Part shown: piece after piece, positions 32,191-43,419 of the stretch
Position numbering within the stretch: the stretch's first letter is position 1
How the letters are laid out: the number at the start of each line of letters is the position of its first letter
Source of the DNA: Paramoeba atlantica
Taxonomy: Eukaryota > Protista > Discosea
Length of the DNA: 64,000 nucleotides
Assembly: GCA_977017575.1 (NCBI GenBank)
Contig: CDRNVI010000026.1
Span: 186,001-250,000 of the forward strand
Direction of reading: 5' to 3'
Program-made: the position numbers and the translations under genes
The notes under the pieces: generated by a model
What the model saw: the letters and a program-made list of their open reading frames with translations, nothing else
The model's database searches: none
Told to the model about the DNA's origin: nothing

Positions 32191-33029
32191 TGTTTTTATG
32201 GAATTTGCAGGTTCATACATCCATTTTATGCGTCTAAAAGAGACATCACCGCCCGCCCAACTACCTTCACCCATCCCAGCCACTACCCCCAATCCAACCA
32301 CCCTCGATCGCTCAGTCCCTCGCACCAAATCTCGCTTACTGAGGCCAAATCTCTCTTACGGGACGTACGGTAATAGAGGGCGGTCTACGGTATCACTCCG
32401 AGAAATTCGGCCACACAGCTATCACAAGGAAGAACAATGATTAGTGATCCATGAGGCTGCTGCTATCCAAGAAACACCCAAGCCCGGGATATGACAGTTT
32501 CCCTGGCGGCCTCACATTAGGGACCCAGACCCTCCGAATAGGTCTGGAGGTCTGGGGGACCGACTTGGACCCCCCCGCATGGAACCGACTCCGTCGAAAC
32601 TGCTCTAGAGCGCCCGAAAGAGGGAGATTATAAGAAGGATGTTCCGTCAGATCGCCGGGAAGAAACAAAGTAACCGACCATTCCCAAGTAATCGTCAGGG
32701 GCGTTCAAGCGCCCACAAGAACGTCTCGCCGCGCTGACTTATTGCACTCTCGATCAGAATGTTGGCTTTCTGGGTGATCTACCCATGGGAAATGTTTCGA
32801 TAGAGTGAATTAGTATGCCATGTTACTAAAGAAGTGTGGTGTAACAAGTTAATAAAATTACGCGCTCACAGACGATGAAAATGACTGTATGAATACGAAA
32901 ATGATTTGAAAACGTTTGAAAACGTTTGAAAACTCATTGTGAGCAATTTCGAAAAAACTCAATTTTTCGTCAAATATTTGTCCCTACCGCCCGTACAACA
33001 CTATGATTAAAAAAAATTTATTATGTACC

Positions 33030-33125
33030 TGAATGTGATATATGCATGTGAATGTGCTAATATGCATCTGAATGTGCTATACGCATTACAAATGTGCCGC
33101 TTTGTATGCAGTATAAATGTGCGGG
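33030..33125. repeat. Third, solo block of the 20-bp satellite
   Basis: ATGCATGTGAATGTGCTA..., AATGTGCCGCTT.GTATGCA. Confidence 0.75.
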
Positions 33126-33200
33126 CGGCGGTTCATAGTATAGTGTAGTATAGACTTTATACAGTAAGGTGTTCCGGTAGGGCACACGCACGGAAAAGAA

Positions 33201-34040
33201 ATGATTTTTTCTTTGTTTTTTAGCAAAACAAAAAATAGTATTGAGTCCTACCCCGAAAGCGTTATGTTAAACTTCTCTTCAATGTATGTGCCTTTTGTGT
33301 TTTTCGCCTATTGCCATACGCTTGTGTGTAGTACATTTTGTGCCGACGATCAAGGGTCGTCTGTTCGACGAGGGAAGCCAAGTGCATTGCTCGCTCCCGA
33401 AGTGGAAGCGGTGATGCTACGGGCGTTTGTTACTCCTGTTGCACGAAGTGTCGTGTCGCGGTGGGGTAAAGAAACATGCCAGTGGCCCGGTGTGCGATGT
33501 GACGCGTTCGGCCATATTACGGCCCTTCTGTGGGATAAAATAAGTGTGTATGAGGGGGGGTTCGAATTTAAAGGCACCCCCGCATGGGAAAATCTCCCTC
33601 CCTACTTGGTACACATTAGCCTCTCGGAACACCGTCTAAGCGGGAGTCCCATTCCTTTAGATCGTCTTCCCCCAAAATTGGTATGGTTCAACGTGGGCCA
33701 AAATTTCATGAGCGGACCTCTCTGTCTCAGTGAACTTCCCCCGAGTCTCGAAACTCTTATGCTTCATAAAAATGAGTTTTCAGACTCCGTGGATCTGAAT
33801 TCGCTACCCCCTTTCTTGCGTGTTCTTTATTTAAATAACAACAAGTTGAGTGATTCAATCTCGCTCGACCGGCTTCCCGCCACTTTACGAGTTTTAAAAT
33901 TACAGGAGAACAAATTCAGTGGTGTCTTCGATGTACGTGTGTTGCTCCAAAGAGCACTTTACGAGGTCGAAATCGATGCTCGCTGGAACGCATTCGGTGA
34001 CTATTATCCAAAACAAATGCCTGCGCACATCCAGCGGTAA
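33201..34040 (+). CDS. Leucine-rich repeat protein
   Basis: RRGKPSALLAPE, CQWPGVRC, LPPxLxxLxLxxNxFS repeats. Confidence 0.9.
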   Translation: MIFSLFFSKTKNSIESYPESVMLNFSSMYVPFVFFAYCHTLVCSTFCADDQGSSVRRGKPSALLAPEVEAVMLRAFVTPVARSVVSRWGKETCQWPGVRCDAFGHITALLWDKISVYEGGFEFKGTPAWENLPPYLVHISLSEHRLSGSPIPLDRLPPKLVWFNVGQNFMSGPLCLSELPPSLETLMLHKNEFSDSVDLNSLPPFLRVLYLNNNKLSDSISLDRLPATLRVLKLQENKFSGVFDVRVLLQRALYEVEIDARWNAFGDYYPKQMPAHIQR

Positions 34041-34269
34041 CGCAGCGGTAATCTCTGTTCAGCCGTGATTCATCATTTTTTGATCAATATTTCTAAATTT
34101 TTGCCTTCACATGTGCTTTCATCGAATAAAATTTGTTCATTTTGGTTTAATTTACGCGGCACTGTATTCCTTTTTCGTCACAGATTTTTTTCTCCTCAAC
34201 ATTCCTGATTAGCAACACTATTTATTAGCCACATTCCTGAATATCATACCCTCCTCCCCCCTCTTCATC

Positions 34270-35103
34270 ATGCGCACTACCCCCATAGCGCCCTCCACAA
34301 CCGCCTGGGGTTGTTGTTCCCTTCAGGCCGCAGATCCCTCTCCTCCCCCTCCCCGCTCCGGTACGCGCGCGGGGAAGGTTAGCCAAGTGCTGCTCCCTTT
34401 AGAGGGCCAGATGCATGGCCTGATTGAGCTTATTGAGAACCCCCACCCGACGTGGATCACACACAAGAAGAACCGCTGGGGACGACGCAAATCGGTCTCG
34501 GTGTGTACGTGGCAAGGGGTGCGGTGCCAGGAGCTGAACCAGCTCTACAGCATCTGGTGGGACCACTCCGCCCGAACCTCGTTTCTACGAGGTAACCTGA
34601 GCTTAGTGTTTTTGCCGGATTTAGTCAGTTTTTTTGTACATGGGCATGTGGAGCTGCGCGGTACGTTGCCGCTGGACCGCATGGCGGTACAAAGTGTAAA
34701 AGATATTCAAATGCAGGGAAATCGGTTCTCTGATCATCCCGAGTTTCGCTATCTTCCTCAACGTTTGGAAGAGCTTAACCTAGGGAAAAATAGGTTTTGG
34801 GGGGAACTCGACCTGCAGGCGTTGCCTCCAGGACTTCGTAAGCTGTCGTTGTACGATAACAACTTTTCAGGGACGGTAGATTTTCGAAACCTCCCACTTT
34901 CAATGCTCGAAATCAACCTTCAGACGAATAATTTGCTGTCTGCACTTTTTCAAGAAGAGCCGAAACCAATCAACGGGTATAGCACAGTAACTGTAAATAT
35001 ATTTCTAGGTGGAAATCACATCGATCATGTAGAAGGACTCTCGAAACTGCAATTGGTGTTGTGGCCGAAAGTCAAAATGTCCAGGAACCGGAGATCAAGT
35101 TAG
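34270..35103 (+). CDS. Leucine-rich repeat protein
   Basis: RAGKVSQVLLPLE, CTWQGVRC, LPQRLEELNLGKNRFWGELDL. Confidence 0.88.
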   Translation: MRTTPIAPSTTAWGCCSLQAADPSPPPPRSGTRAGKVSQVLLPLEGQMHGLIELIENPHPTWITHKKNRWGRRKSVSVCTWQGVRCQELNQLYSIWWDHSARTSFLRGNLSLVFLPDLVSFFVHGHVELRGTLPLDRMAVQSVKDIQMQGNRFSDHPEFRYLPQRLEELNLGKNRFWGELDLQALPPGLRKLSLYDNNFSGTVDFRNLPLSMLEINLQTNNLLSALFQEEPKPINGYSTVTVNIFLGGNHIDHVEGLSKLQLVLWPKVKMSRNRRSS

Positions 35104-36270
35104 CAATACTGGTAACCGAAGCTCCTTACGTTCCTTGAATGAGGTTCTGGATAGGCCGCTTCCATGTGATTCTATCTGTTGCAGACGAATAATATTGTTT
35201 ATTTATTTAGGTTTTACGACCGTATACAGTACACCGTATGTGTACTATGTACATTTTATGCAGTACACTTCATGCTATGGATCATGTGTACAAATCGCTT
35301 CATGCTATAGATTACATGATACAATGGTACCGTTTTCTTGGTACCCTTACCCCACCACTTTTCCTACAGTACGTTATTTGAACTGACCTTATTTCTCGTA
35401 TTCTTTCCTGTGAATGTATTAATCCCCTTTGGGTTAACGAAGAAAGGATCAATGAATGCTGTGCACCACTAGCTATGGGTTCAGAGTACGCCCTAGTTAT
35501 TTTAATCGCACGCACCGCCCTCAGGCGAAGTTTCGCAAGCCCCTCCCGCTCAGGTGGACGGAAAATATCCCGAACACGATTGGTTCGATAAAGGGTTTCA
35601 AAATCTTTCTAACTTCTGTCTCCTCTGCCGCGTCGGAAGTATTCGTCATGTTTTTATAAACCACAGTCCGATTTAACATTCCTGTAGCCTGACTCCGGGA
35701 GGGAAGGTTACGATGTCCCATGCATTTTTAGGTGGAATCCAGCGAAGATTGCACACTTTTTTTTCGAAGAAAAAAATGGAATTTTTTTTGGCCGTTTTTT
35801 GTTACACACCCCCGTATAATTGCTTCTTGTTGAAAATTAATTGTTTGTTCACGGTTCTTCATGATTTCTTCGAGAGTAAGTCTATTGATACACGGCTGCT
35901 TTTCAGTATTTCATGACCACCGCGAAAGTACAGTGTACTTTACACGTACTTCCAGGAACGCCTCCGTGCTGTAACAGAGAAGTGCAACGGAAGCTTACAA
36001 AGGCATAAAAGTTCTTTTGGTGAGAGTGTTTTCGGATTTAACACTTGTTTGCGAAGAAATTATTCTTACGGCCTAATTTGCAGTATATTTTCTGAAGATT
36101 TTTGAAAGAGTGGAATCTTCGCTGGATTTAACCCGTTTTTAACATTCCCCCCATGAAAATTTCTTACATCGTAAAATTTAAATGATGTGGCAGAACATAC
36201 TCCATTGAACACCAATTTAGAACTACAAGACGCTGTGGCGCAACTTTATGTCCAAAGTGATGAAACTGAT

Positions 36271-36365
36271 GACCACTGGACGTGGATCTGCCTCGCCTTA
36301 CCACGATTCAACGGTCGGTTGCAGTGCACCCCTCCGGATGTGTAAAGAGGTGGTGAGTTGCCTGG
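36271..36365 (+). mobile_element. Internal fragment of the short SL-headed element
   Basis: GACCACTGG.CGTGG.TCTGCCTCG...CGGTCGGTTGCAGTGC.CCCCTCCGG...TAAAGAGGTGGTGAGTTGCCTGG matches about 47017-47111 in reverse complement. Confidence 0.75.
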
Positions 36366-37195
36366 GAAAAATCTGGCACCCCCCTTACTTCACCACACGT
36401 CCAGTGACCAAAAGTGGTGAAGTAAGGGGGGGGCGAAGTAAGTGGGGGTAATGGTATACAAATGTAGATAGCATTTGCAAGTAACTTTTATACTAGCCTC
36501 CTGAAGAGTTATTTGATCAGTTTATGGCGGGATGCCTGGGTATATCCCTTCACATGATTATACAGGGCGTGTAAGGCAAACTCGGTGTCGGGTAACGAGA
36601 TGCCGCGCATGCACAGAACCATTTCGGAGGTTACCGGAGCCAAGAGAAACGGCAGCCTGGTTGCCGTTTCTCACTCCGCATCCCGGATGTAGTATTCTGG
36701 CCTGTTTGGTCAGGCATTTAACCGGTTCGCCAAGAAAGAGTTTGCCCAAGCTGTTTGTAGAGAAATTGAAGAGTCAGAGAAGAGCCCTCGTCCTATGCCT
36801 TGTCGGGCAAGTGGACAACAAAGAAGTAGACTTTTTTGTTCACTTCGTTAAGCACGGAGGTAGTTTTCAACGCGCAGCGCTTGTGCTTTTGCTCGAAAAC
36901 TCACACTGACGGTTAAGCTTTCTCTCAGAAGAAATCGTCAACAAGTTCTGTCACGCAAAAGTAGTTTGAGTTTGCGTTGACGTTTTCTCATCGAATGGGC
37001 GCCCATTCGATGAAACTTTAACCGAATTGGAGACACAGAATATGAAAAGTGATTTCATTTGATTATCCACCTTTTTACGCATACTATGCATAGCGCATTT
37101 TCACGTCCCACTTACAAGTGTGAAGGGTACATGTATAAAGCAACATATTCCAATGGAAAAAAAAGTGACTATAGTTTTGTGTTATCTGTGGCATT

Positions 37196-37999
37196 ATGTC
37201 AGAGACATCTACTGTTCGTATCGGCAAAGTGCGAGGAGCGCAGTTACCGCAGGAATACGAACTTTCACAATTTATCGCCCACGTTGACAACAGACTTCCC
37301 TCCTGGAACATTTCAACACATGCATGTGAGTGGCAGGGTGTATCGTGTAATTCGGATCTACGTGTCACGAAAATCAATTGGAATTCATGGGGATTGGGGC
37401 ATTCCTTGGGTGAGGTTCACTGGGAGAATCCTCAAGGGAATGAGCTTACTTACAACTCTAAGAATACCGTTCCTGCAGGACCACTGCGATGGGATTGTTT
37501 GCCCTATACAATACTGTTTTGTGAAGTTTCGGGTCAAAAGTTTACGGGAACACTGCCATTAGATTTGTTGCCGCGGGAACTTACGAGTTTGCGCGCTTCG
37601 AACAACGATTTTACGGGTGAATTAAACCTCACACATTTGCCCTCCTCATTGGAGGAGCTTCAACTCGACTCCAATGCATTTGAAGGATGCGTAAACCTTG
37701 CGCATTTTCCATCGAAGTTGCGTATCGTAAATCTTTCTTCCAACACTTTTAGCGGTCCGATCGATCTCTCCTGTTTGCCGGAATCGCTAGAGAATCTTGA
37801 CTTGGCGGATAATAAGTTTGACGGTTTAGTCGAGTTTGATGAAATTTCTTCAAAATTAGAATTTTTAAATCTTAATGGAAATGAAAAGCTTTACGGTGAA
37901 ATTGATGAGTGCGTATTTCTCGAGAGAGGTCAAAATGTGAAGACAAAGAACACAAGGATTTTTCTCAAAAAGCCGTTCGGTTTGTACCACTTGATATGA
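37196..37999 (+). CDS. Leucine-rich repeat protein
   Basis: RIGKVRGAQLPQE, CEWQGVSC, LP..L..L.L..N.F.G repeats. Confidence 0.9.
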   Translation: MSETSTVRIGKVRGAQLPQEYELSQFIAHVDNRLPSWNISTHACEWQGVSCNSDLRVTKINWNSWGLGHSLGEVHWENPQGNELTYNSKNTVPAGPLRWDCLPYTILFCEVSGQKFTGTLPLDLLPRELTSLRASNNDFTGELNLTHLPSSLEELQLDSNAFEGCVNLAHFPSKLRIVNLSSNTFSGPIDLSCLPESLENLDLADNKFDGLVEFDEISSKLEFLNLNGNEKLYGEIDECVFLERGQNVKTKNTRIFLKKPFGLYHLI

Positions 38000-38509
38000 T
38001 GGTACGGTTTCATTTTTTCACAATTTTGTCTCGCAGAAAGTGAGATGACATGGGTATATATAGAATTAATATTTGGAGCAATAGACGGGGCATCTGTTCA
38101 AGCTTGTGAAAATCGAAAGGAAGATATTCCAACAAAGGAAATGATTAAGGATTTGGAGTAATGGCTTCTTCTGATAAAATTTTGCAAGGCCTTTTTGGGT
38201 TTAATATTATGCCGCGCTGTGTTCATGTTTACCCCCCACATTCTTTGCACCAAAGGGGCCCATGTGCACCATGTTGTCCTTGCCTACAGAACGTACAGAC
38301 GCACTGGCAAGTGTCTCATAAAGTAAAATCCGGGACTTTTTTCATTCATAACTCTGTGGTACATTATTCGTTTTTGACGTGTATCAACTCTATACTAGCG
38401 GGCCACGGCGAGATGGTCATACAAGATGGTACCCGCTACCCTTTACCAGTAAAACATGTATCAGTAGTAAATAATGTAGGAGTACGGAAAGGAGTGAAGA
38501 ATCTATTCA

Positions 38510-40165
38510 GTGTGTAGCAATATTCCATTTTACTACAAATCCATCTTGTGTTTTAAAATTGGACGCGATATGCTTCATTTCATATCCAACTGCGACAAGG
38601 AAATCACTCGTGCAAAGAGGCGTAATGATGAAGGCACGCATACAGACTACATGAAAGAAACAGCTGACCGTGCTCAATCGGCCACTAGTCGCTCAGGTAA
38701 GGTGAGAGGCTCTCTGTTACCGCAAGAGTTCGAACTTGAAAGGCTTGTCAGTGGCTTTTCAGATCTGCACTCAACCTGGAACGTCTCGACTCCCGCGTGC
38801 GAATGGCAGAATGTGTATTGTAACGTGGAAGGCGAGGCAATAGAAATTAATTGGCATTTCGAGGATGGCGAAACTGTCTTTCTTACTGGGAAGGTAAATT
38901 TGGTGCATCTTCCGAGGACGATTGAGAAGTTCTACATTAGCAATAATGGTTTGCATGGTGAAGTGGATCTGACACAGTTGCCGCCAACATTGAAGTATCT
39001 CCGTCTAAGCTCGAACGGTTTTACGGGGACTGTAGATCTGGCCCACCTACCGGTCGTTCTAGAAGAGCTTGATCTTTACGGAACTTGTCTTGAGGGAACC
39101 GTAAATTTGGAATGTCTTCCGAGTGGCCTGCGGAATCTTGATTTGTCATACAATAATTTTGTCGGTGATTTATGCCTCTCGCAACTTCCCGGTTCTTTGA
39201 CATTGTTGGACATCAGTGCAAACAAATTCTCAGGTTTAATAGAAACAAAGCGGCTTCCACGCAAGTTGAGTTCTCTGAAATTCTCAGGGAATAGGTTTCA
39301 GGGCACGCTGGACCTGACCGCGCTCCCCGAAACCACAAATGAGTTTGATGGATCACGTAATCTCTTCTCAGGAACGTTGCAACTTGACTCTCTGCCGAAA
39401 TGTCTTAGAACCCTCCATGTACAGGAGAACAACTTGATTGGGATATTAGATCTCAATCACCTACCAGCGAGTTTGAAGCATGTTAATTTTTCGTGCAACC
39501 TTTTTGCTGGTCCCATTACGCTTACAGCGCTACCACCCTTGCTCGAGTCCTTTTCTGCAAATAACAATACGTTAACAGGAGAATTATGCTTGGGTCAGTT
39601 GCCCCCGAACCTGTTCAATTTTGAACTTAATGATAACGCTTTCACCGGCGGTTTGGAGCTTCATAATTTGCCACGAGGATCAGGAGTACCCCGTTATCTG
39701 AGGAATACCGGTTATAGCTCCCTAGAACTCAGCGGAAACCGTTTGACGGGTCCGGTACAACTGGACAGGTTGTCGCCCTCGCTGGAAATGGTATGTATTG
39801 GGCACAATAACTTGAGTGGGGGTATCAATCTAGAAAGTTTACCCCAAGCATGCGGAATATTCAATGCAACACATAATCGATTTTCGGGTGCACTCGACTT
39901 CACGGCTCTCCCTCCGGGTCTATCGACCCTTGACCTAAGTTTCAACGACTTCAGCGGCCTCCCTGACTTTTCTAATTTGGTACGTGGCTTACGTACCCTC
40001 CTATTGAACGACAACAAGCTTAAAGGCTTCATGGATCTGACGGTTCTTTGGGACGCTCCGTGTGTTGAATGGGAATCCTTAAAATGTCTGTCGTTAACAG
40101 GTAATAAAGGACTTCGTGGAAAAGTGGATCCAGATCTTTTCGATGAGTGTGGCCTGAAAATTTGA
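38510..40165 (+). CDS. Leucine-rich repeat protein with a long repeat array (about 18-19 units); start codon uncertain
   Basis: RSGKVRGSLLPQE, CEWQNVYC, regular 22-aa repeats. Confidence 0.92.
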   Translation: MCSNIPFYYKSILCFKIGRDMLHFISNCDKEITRAKRRNDEGTHTDYMKETADRAQSATSRSGKVRGSLLPQEFELERLVSGFSDLHSTWNVSTPACEWQNVYCNVEGEAIEINWHFEDGETVFLTGKVNLVHLPRTIEKFYISNNGLHGEVDLTQLPPTLKYLRLSSNGFTGTVDLAHLPVVLEELDLYGTCLEGTVNLECLPSGLRNLDLSYNNFVGDLCLSQLPGSLTLLDISANKFSGLIETKRLPRKLSSLKFSGNRFQGTLDLTALPETTNEFDGSRNLFSGTLQLDSLPKCLRTLHVQENNLIGILDLNHLPASLKHVNFSCNLFAGPITLTALPPLLESFSANNNTLTGELCLGQLPPNLFNFELNDNAFTGGLELHNLPRGSGVPRYLRNTGYSSLELSGNRLTGPVQLDRLSPSLEMVCIGHNNLSGGINLESLPQACGIFNATHNRFSGALDFTALPPGLSTLDLSFNDFSGLPDFSNLVRGLRTLLLNDNKLKGFMDLTVLWDAPCVEWESLKCLSLTGNKGLRGKVDPDLFDECGLKI

Positions 40166-40699
40166 GTCTACGGGAATTGCCGTGTAGAAACAGCAATAAA
40201 TCTAAATATGAAACAATTTAATAGGGCGGTGCCTTTTCATTGTGGAGGGGTTTACATACTAAGTTTATGGCCTTGTTTGAGTAATTTGCTCGGGAGGTGG
40301 GTATCGGGAACTCTGATTTTCTATAATGTATTTCTTCTAATATAATTTCTATAGCTTCATGCGCGCTATAATAATTTTGGTCACCACGTTTCAATGGCGG
40401 CGGACGGGTATCTTGTAGAATGTTAATGTTTTAGAAACGTTATCTGACTTTTTCAAGTAATGAATTATAAGCTACAGTTATATAGTTTTACTATAATGTC
40501 TTCGATTTCCCGGAATACTTTATTTTTCTTCTTCTGTGCTAATTTGACTATTTGGTGTCTTTTTGCCTTAGTATATCGTATGCCTTTGGATATTTTTCCT
40601 AATCCTTATAAAATTCATATCCTATTCAGGACATTATTTCGTTATGCGATAGCAGGTTTTTTACATGATCGTTTTTTACTGAATTCTTTATCCGTTTAT

Positions 40700-41500
40700 T
40701 ACATCTTACGAACGTGTGGTATTCATCTTACGAACGTGTAATATTGTGTGTAGTATTGACATAATATTGCGTACTGAACATTAACTTCTTTTTGATAATG
40801 GCAACTTTCCTCTGCTTGTGAGAAAAGTTTAGACAAATGAGTTCCTACACAGCGAGGAAAAAGAAAAAGGTGCTCTGCGGATTGGTTTCGCAGCATTTGC
40901 AGACCAGCAGCTGAGCATTCTACCCATCCTCCCGATGTAGCTGTTTTCAGTCGCGCTACATAAAGCGTATTCTTCCCTAAATCAGTCACTCATAAGCGTG
41001 ATTGGTCGCCGGGACGAATAGGACACTCTAAAAATAGCTGTGTCGCGCAACACAACATCTTACGAAATTGACGGTCATGTGAGATTCCTTTGGATATACA
41101 CCATGAACACGAAGCACCAAAGTCCTTTTGAAGCTTAAGAAAATTAAGAAACTCGACTATCATTTGTGGTGTCAGCCCGCCGCGAGTCTCATGGACGCCA
41201 TCTTAACCCGCACCCTTCAACATCTTTTTCATCTCGTCTGAAAGTAGCCAATTGCTTTGCAAGCCTTCGCAACGCATTACAAAAACCACTGCTCTCCATG
41301 TACCCTGTGGAACACAGAGGCCTTGCTCCTTCCAATGGACCAGAAATGATAAAAATTCATCTTCAGAACAAGTATGAACCTGAACGGTGCTACTGTCCCG
41401 AAGTTCGGTCAAAAATTTAATGACTGGTTTTAAGGCACGATCGTAAGTCTTCCTAGTTGATTTCTTAACAGAGCATTTAAAAGAATAGAGCGAGCGCATC
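40700..41500 (-). pseudogene. Degenerate tyrosine recombinase remnant
   Basis: SVKKSTRKTYDRAL..FL (core-binding-domain-like), then after stops and frameshifts IRPGD...DLGKNTLYVARLKT. Confidence 0.5.
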
Positions 41501-42267
41501 TACGTTCGATAAGTCTTGCGTCCGTTGCGCTAAATCTAATTTTTCGAGTCATTTGCTAGAGATGAATGGTATTAGGATATTTTAGACGTGCGAATGGACT
41601 TAATATTCATTGCCAAGCTTCATAAGCAAGAATAGCTTCCAGATGTGACGCAAAGTAAATTCACCAATTTGAGCACAAAACTTATGCATTGCAAATGTAA
41701 GTGTTGCTTATAAATCCACACTTGATCGAAACTATTGCTTTATAACTTGTACCTTTAGAAACCTACAAATAACACACAACTTACTACATAAGTTGTGCAC
41801 CTTCTAACGAGCACCCTCCATACTTCGCACAAAAGACGCCAATTGATTTCGAAAGATTCCCATAAATGAAAAAAAATAATGACCTTTTAAGGTATCACCG
41901 CCCAATGGTCTTGCAAGCCCATCGATCTTGCACTTATGCGCTCAAAGAATTGTGATGCGACATTTATTTTCAACCAACAAGCTAAAATATAGACCTGAAA
42001 TCCAGTTCGTGCTTTCACGTACATTAACAAAGAATATGAAAAGATATATTAAGAGGAAATATAACTGGAAATAGAACATAACGAAATTTCATTGAAACCG
42101 TCATACATGTAGATCAGTTTCTCAAAGATTGCGTACAAGTCTCATCACATCAGCACAGTTTGAAACAATATTCCGGAATTCCATAATCAAAGTAACTTGT
42201 GAACGGGAAGACCCATCCCCTCAGCTCGCAGCCAACCAACCATTTCTGATGATTCTATATAAATAAG

Positions 42268-42668
42268 TTTTTTTTTTGCAGATAATAAGGGGGGAAGAGT
42301 ACGAGTTCAAACTTTATATATGTATGTACGGTATGACTTTCTCACTTACTTTCCTACTTGCTCAACTTCTTTCCCTCACTTCCCCCCATTTTGAAAACGA
42401 GCAAAACATAAAACTAGTAAATGCATGCTTTCCCATCTTACCCACTTCCCCTTACCAATCTTTCCAGCTTTCCAGGGAGGGTAAGGTCTCCCTCTGCTAG
42501 GGGGGGCAGACTTTCCCCTAACCATTCGCGCGCCCCGGACCGGGTCTTTCGACCTCTCCCGAGCCTGCATTGGGAACCCTTCCCTTGTTATACGGGAGGG
42601 CGCAGGGCGGGCCTGTGCCGACAGCGGCACGGTCGCGGGATTGGGTGATGGACGACGGGGTGGGAACT
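42268..42668 (-). mobile_element. Short poly(A)-tailed element sharing the CRE-like 3' UTR (SINE-like or 5'-truncated)
   Basis: Minus strand: CGCGCGAATGGTT.GGGA, GAGGGAGACCTTACCCTCCCTG, CCCCCTTATTATCTGC(A)n, as at 8260-8681. Flanked by GATGATTCTATRTAAAWAAG repeats. Confidence 0.75.
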
Positions 42669-42705
42669 CTTTTTTTTTTTTTTTGATGATTCTATGTAAA
42701 AAGTT

Positions 42706-42945
42706 TTTTTTTTTTTTAGTATTGAGTTTAACGTTTTTATCTACTTTTCGAACACTTTTCGAACTTTTGTTTCTTTTTTTTTAGCCCAAAACTAGCAATT
42801 TAATCTCCCCTAAGTGTATACTACAAACAAGAAACAGTAAAAACTAAAACAAGCAATCCATGCCCAATCCATTCGCGCGTTCCGGACCGGGTCTTTCGAC
42901 CTCTCCACGGCCTGACTTGTGAACCCTTCCCTTGTTATATGGGAG
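42706..42945 (-). mobile_element. Second short poly(A)-tailed element with the same core (duplicate at about 45707-45950)
   Basis: Core CCTCCCRTATAACAAGGGAAGGGTTC...GGAGAGGTCGAAAGACCCGGTCCGGAACGCGCGAATGG, with a different tail. Confidence 0.65.
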
Positions 42946-43419
42946 GTTTTTTTTTTACATAGTACAAAAGAGCACTCCAAGGCTGACCAGTCCTCCATAG
43001 TACCACTAAAATTCAATGAAACTACTAGAATATGAATTCATACATACCCCTGCCGGGTAAATGGGTAATTACCCACGTGGTGGTAAACGCGGGTAATTTA
43101 CCCGGGTCATTGACCCATTTACCCGCTTTCACCGAGATTTACCAACCAACCATACGATCCCGTACTAGAATAAAGCTCGATGACTGTGCCAACTTTGCTG
43201 AGCAAGTTGTCGCTACAGAAACAGTATCTCAATCCATAGAAGGAAAAATCCGTCTTTCATTCGGTTTCCCCCCTTTCCTATCCCCTAAACCAAACAATCT
43301 TTTTTTTTCTTGACCTGGCGGGCTTATCCCCGCTTCATACAGTACTAATACTATATTGTATAGTAATCACTGTACTAAAATCAAATACAACTACTGCGTA
43401 CAATCCACATAATGTTAAG

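Larger units (their letters stand above)
42150..43032. repeat. Direct copy of 45545-46040 (5' region of the hAT gene) with an extra short-element insertion
   Basis: 42150-42267 matches 45548-45667 and 42680-43032 matches 45685-46040. Confidence 0.88.

Noticed and set aside
32200-32700. Possible decayed CRE ORF2 N-terminus
   Set aside because: Similarity by eye is too weak, with stops in all frames.
36532-36909. 125-aa ORF as a decayed LRR N-terminus (TGRVRQ)
   Set aside because: No cap cysteine/tryptophan pattern or LRR units follow.
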